Of a stretch of DNA of 64,000 nucleotides, positions 63,624 to 64,000 are shown one piece after another. Positions within the stretch are counted from its first letter, which is position 1, and each line of letters starts with the position of its first letter. The notes beneath the pieces were generated by a model, which saw only the letters and a program-made list of their open reading frames with translations, had not been told where the DNA came from and made no database searches. Source of the DNA: Thalassobaculaceae bacterium (GTDB taxonomy: Bacteria > Pseudomonadota > Alphaproteobacteria > Thalassobaculales > Thalassobaculaceae); the NCBI GenBank assembly GCA_965228875.1, contig OZ245843.1, forward strand, positions 2,407,848 to 2,471,847, read 5' to 3'. Made by a program: the position numbers and the translations under genes.

Positions 63624-64000
63624 TCACTCCGCCGCCACCCGGTCCTGGGCGATCGTCGCCTGGGCGGCCGCGAGACGGGCGATCGGCACACGGAACGGCG
63701 AGCAACTCACATAATCGAGCCCCACCTCCTCGCAGAAGCCGATGGAGGACGGGTCGCCCCCATGTTCCCCGCAGATGCCGAGCTTGATATCGGGGCGGGC
63801 GGAACGGCCGCGTTCGCTGGCGATCTTCACCAGTTCGCCGACACCCTGTTGATCCAGGCTGACAAACGGATCGACCTCGATGATGCCCTTCTCCTCGTAG
63901 AAATGGATGAAGGAGCCGGCGTCGTCGCGCGACAGGCCGTAGGTGGTCTGGGTCAGGTCGTTGGTGCCGAAGCTGAAGAACTCGGCCTCGCCGGCGATCC
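63624..64000 (-). CDS. ppdK: Pyruvate, phosphate dikinase, 3' end (runs off the window)
   Basis: Manual translation: [21 protein letters not shown]...DPF...[10 protein letters not shown]...[19 protein letters not shown]. Confidence 0.95.
   Translation of the reverse strand, partial: IAGEAEFFSFGTNDLTQTTYGLSRDDAGSFIHFYEEKGIIEVDPFVSLDQQGVGELVKIASERGRSARPDIKLGICGEHGGDPSSIGFCEEVGLDYVSCSPFRVPIARLAAAQATIAQDRVAAE

Overview
High-GC alphaproteobacterial chromosome segment; a Rhodospirillales-like origin is inferred from gene order and protein sequences. 1-9.8 kb: the pccA/pccB pair and the conserved degQ-rarA-crcB-rluA-HAD-ATP12 cluster, with an extra RNase-H-fold (DUF429-like) gene coupled to rarA. 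9.8-43.6 kb: the core translation/transcription supercluster on the minus strand: tRNA-Tyr, tufB, tRNA-Trp, secE-nusG, rplKAJL, rpoBC, the str operon with tufA, and the S10, spc and alpha operons. A plus-strand LysE exporter splits tufA from rpsJ, so the S10 operon has its own sigma70 promoter and a structured leader ending in a terminator-like hairpin. 43.7-64 kb: rlmB, puuE and tRNA-Thr, then an accessory stretch with an RTX protein, a secreted rhodanese, a CHAT-domain remnant, an OmpA-like protein, a PAS-like/GNAT-like hypothetical pair, MarR-GNAT, a UxaA-family gene, NUDIX, a cysteine hydrolase and partial ppdK. The most notable element is a small GIY-YIG nuclease gene flanked by four 39-bp CGAC-tagged palindromic repeats whose inner stems co-vary, i.e. 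a REP-tron-like module. Start codons were adjusted by eye; no database searches were run.
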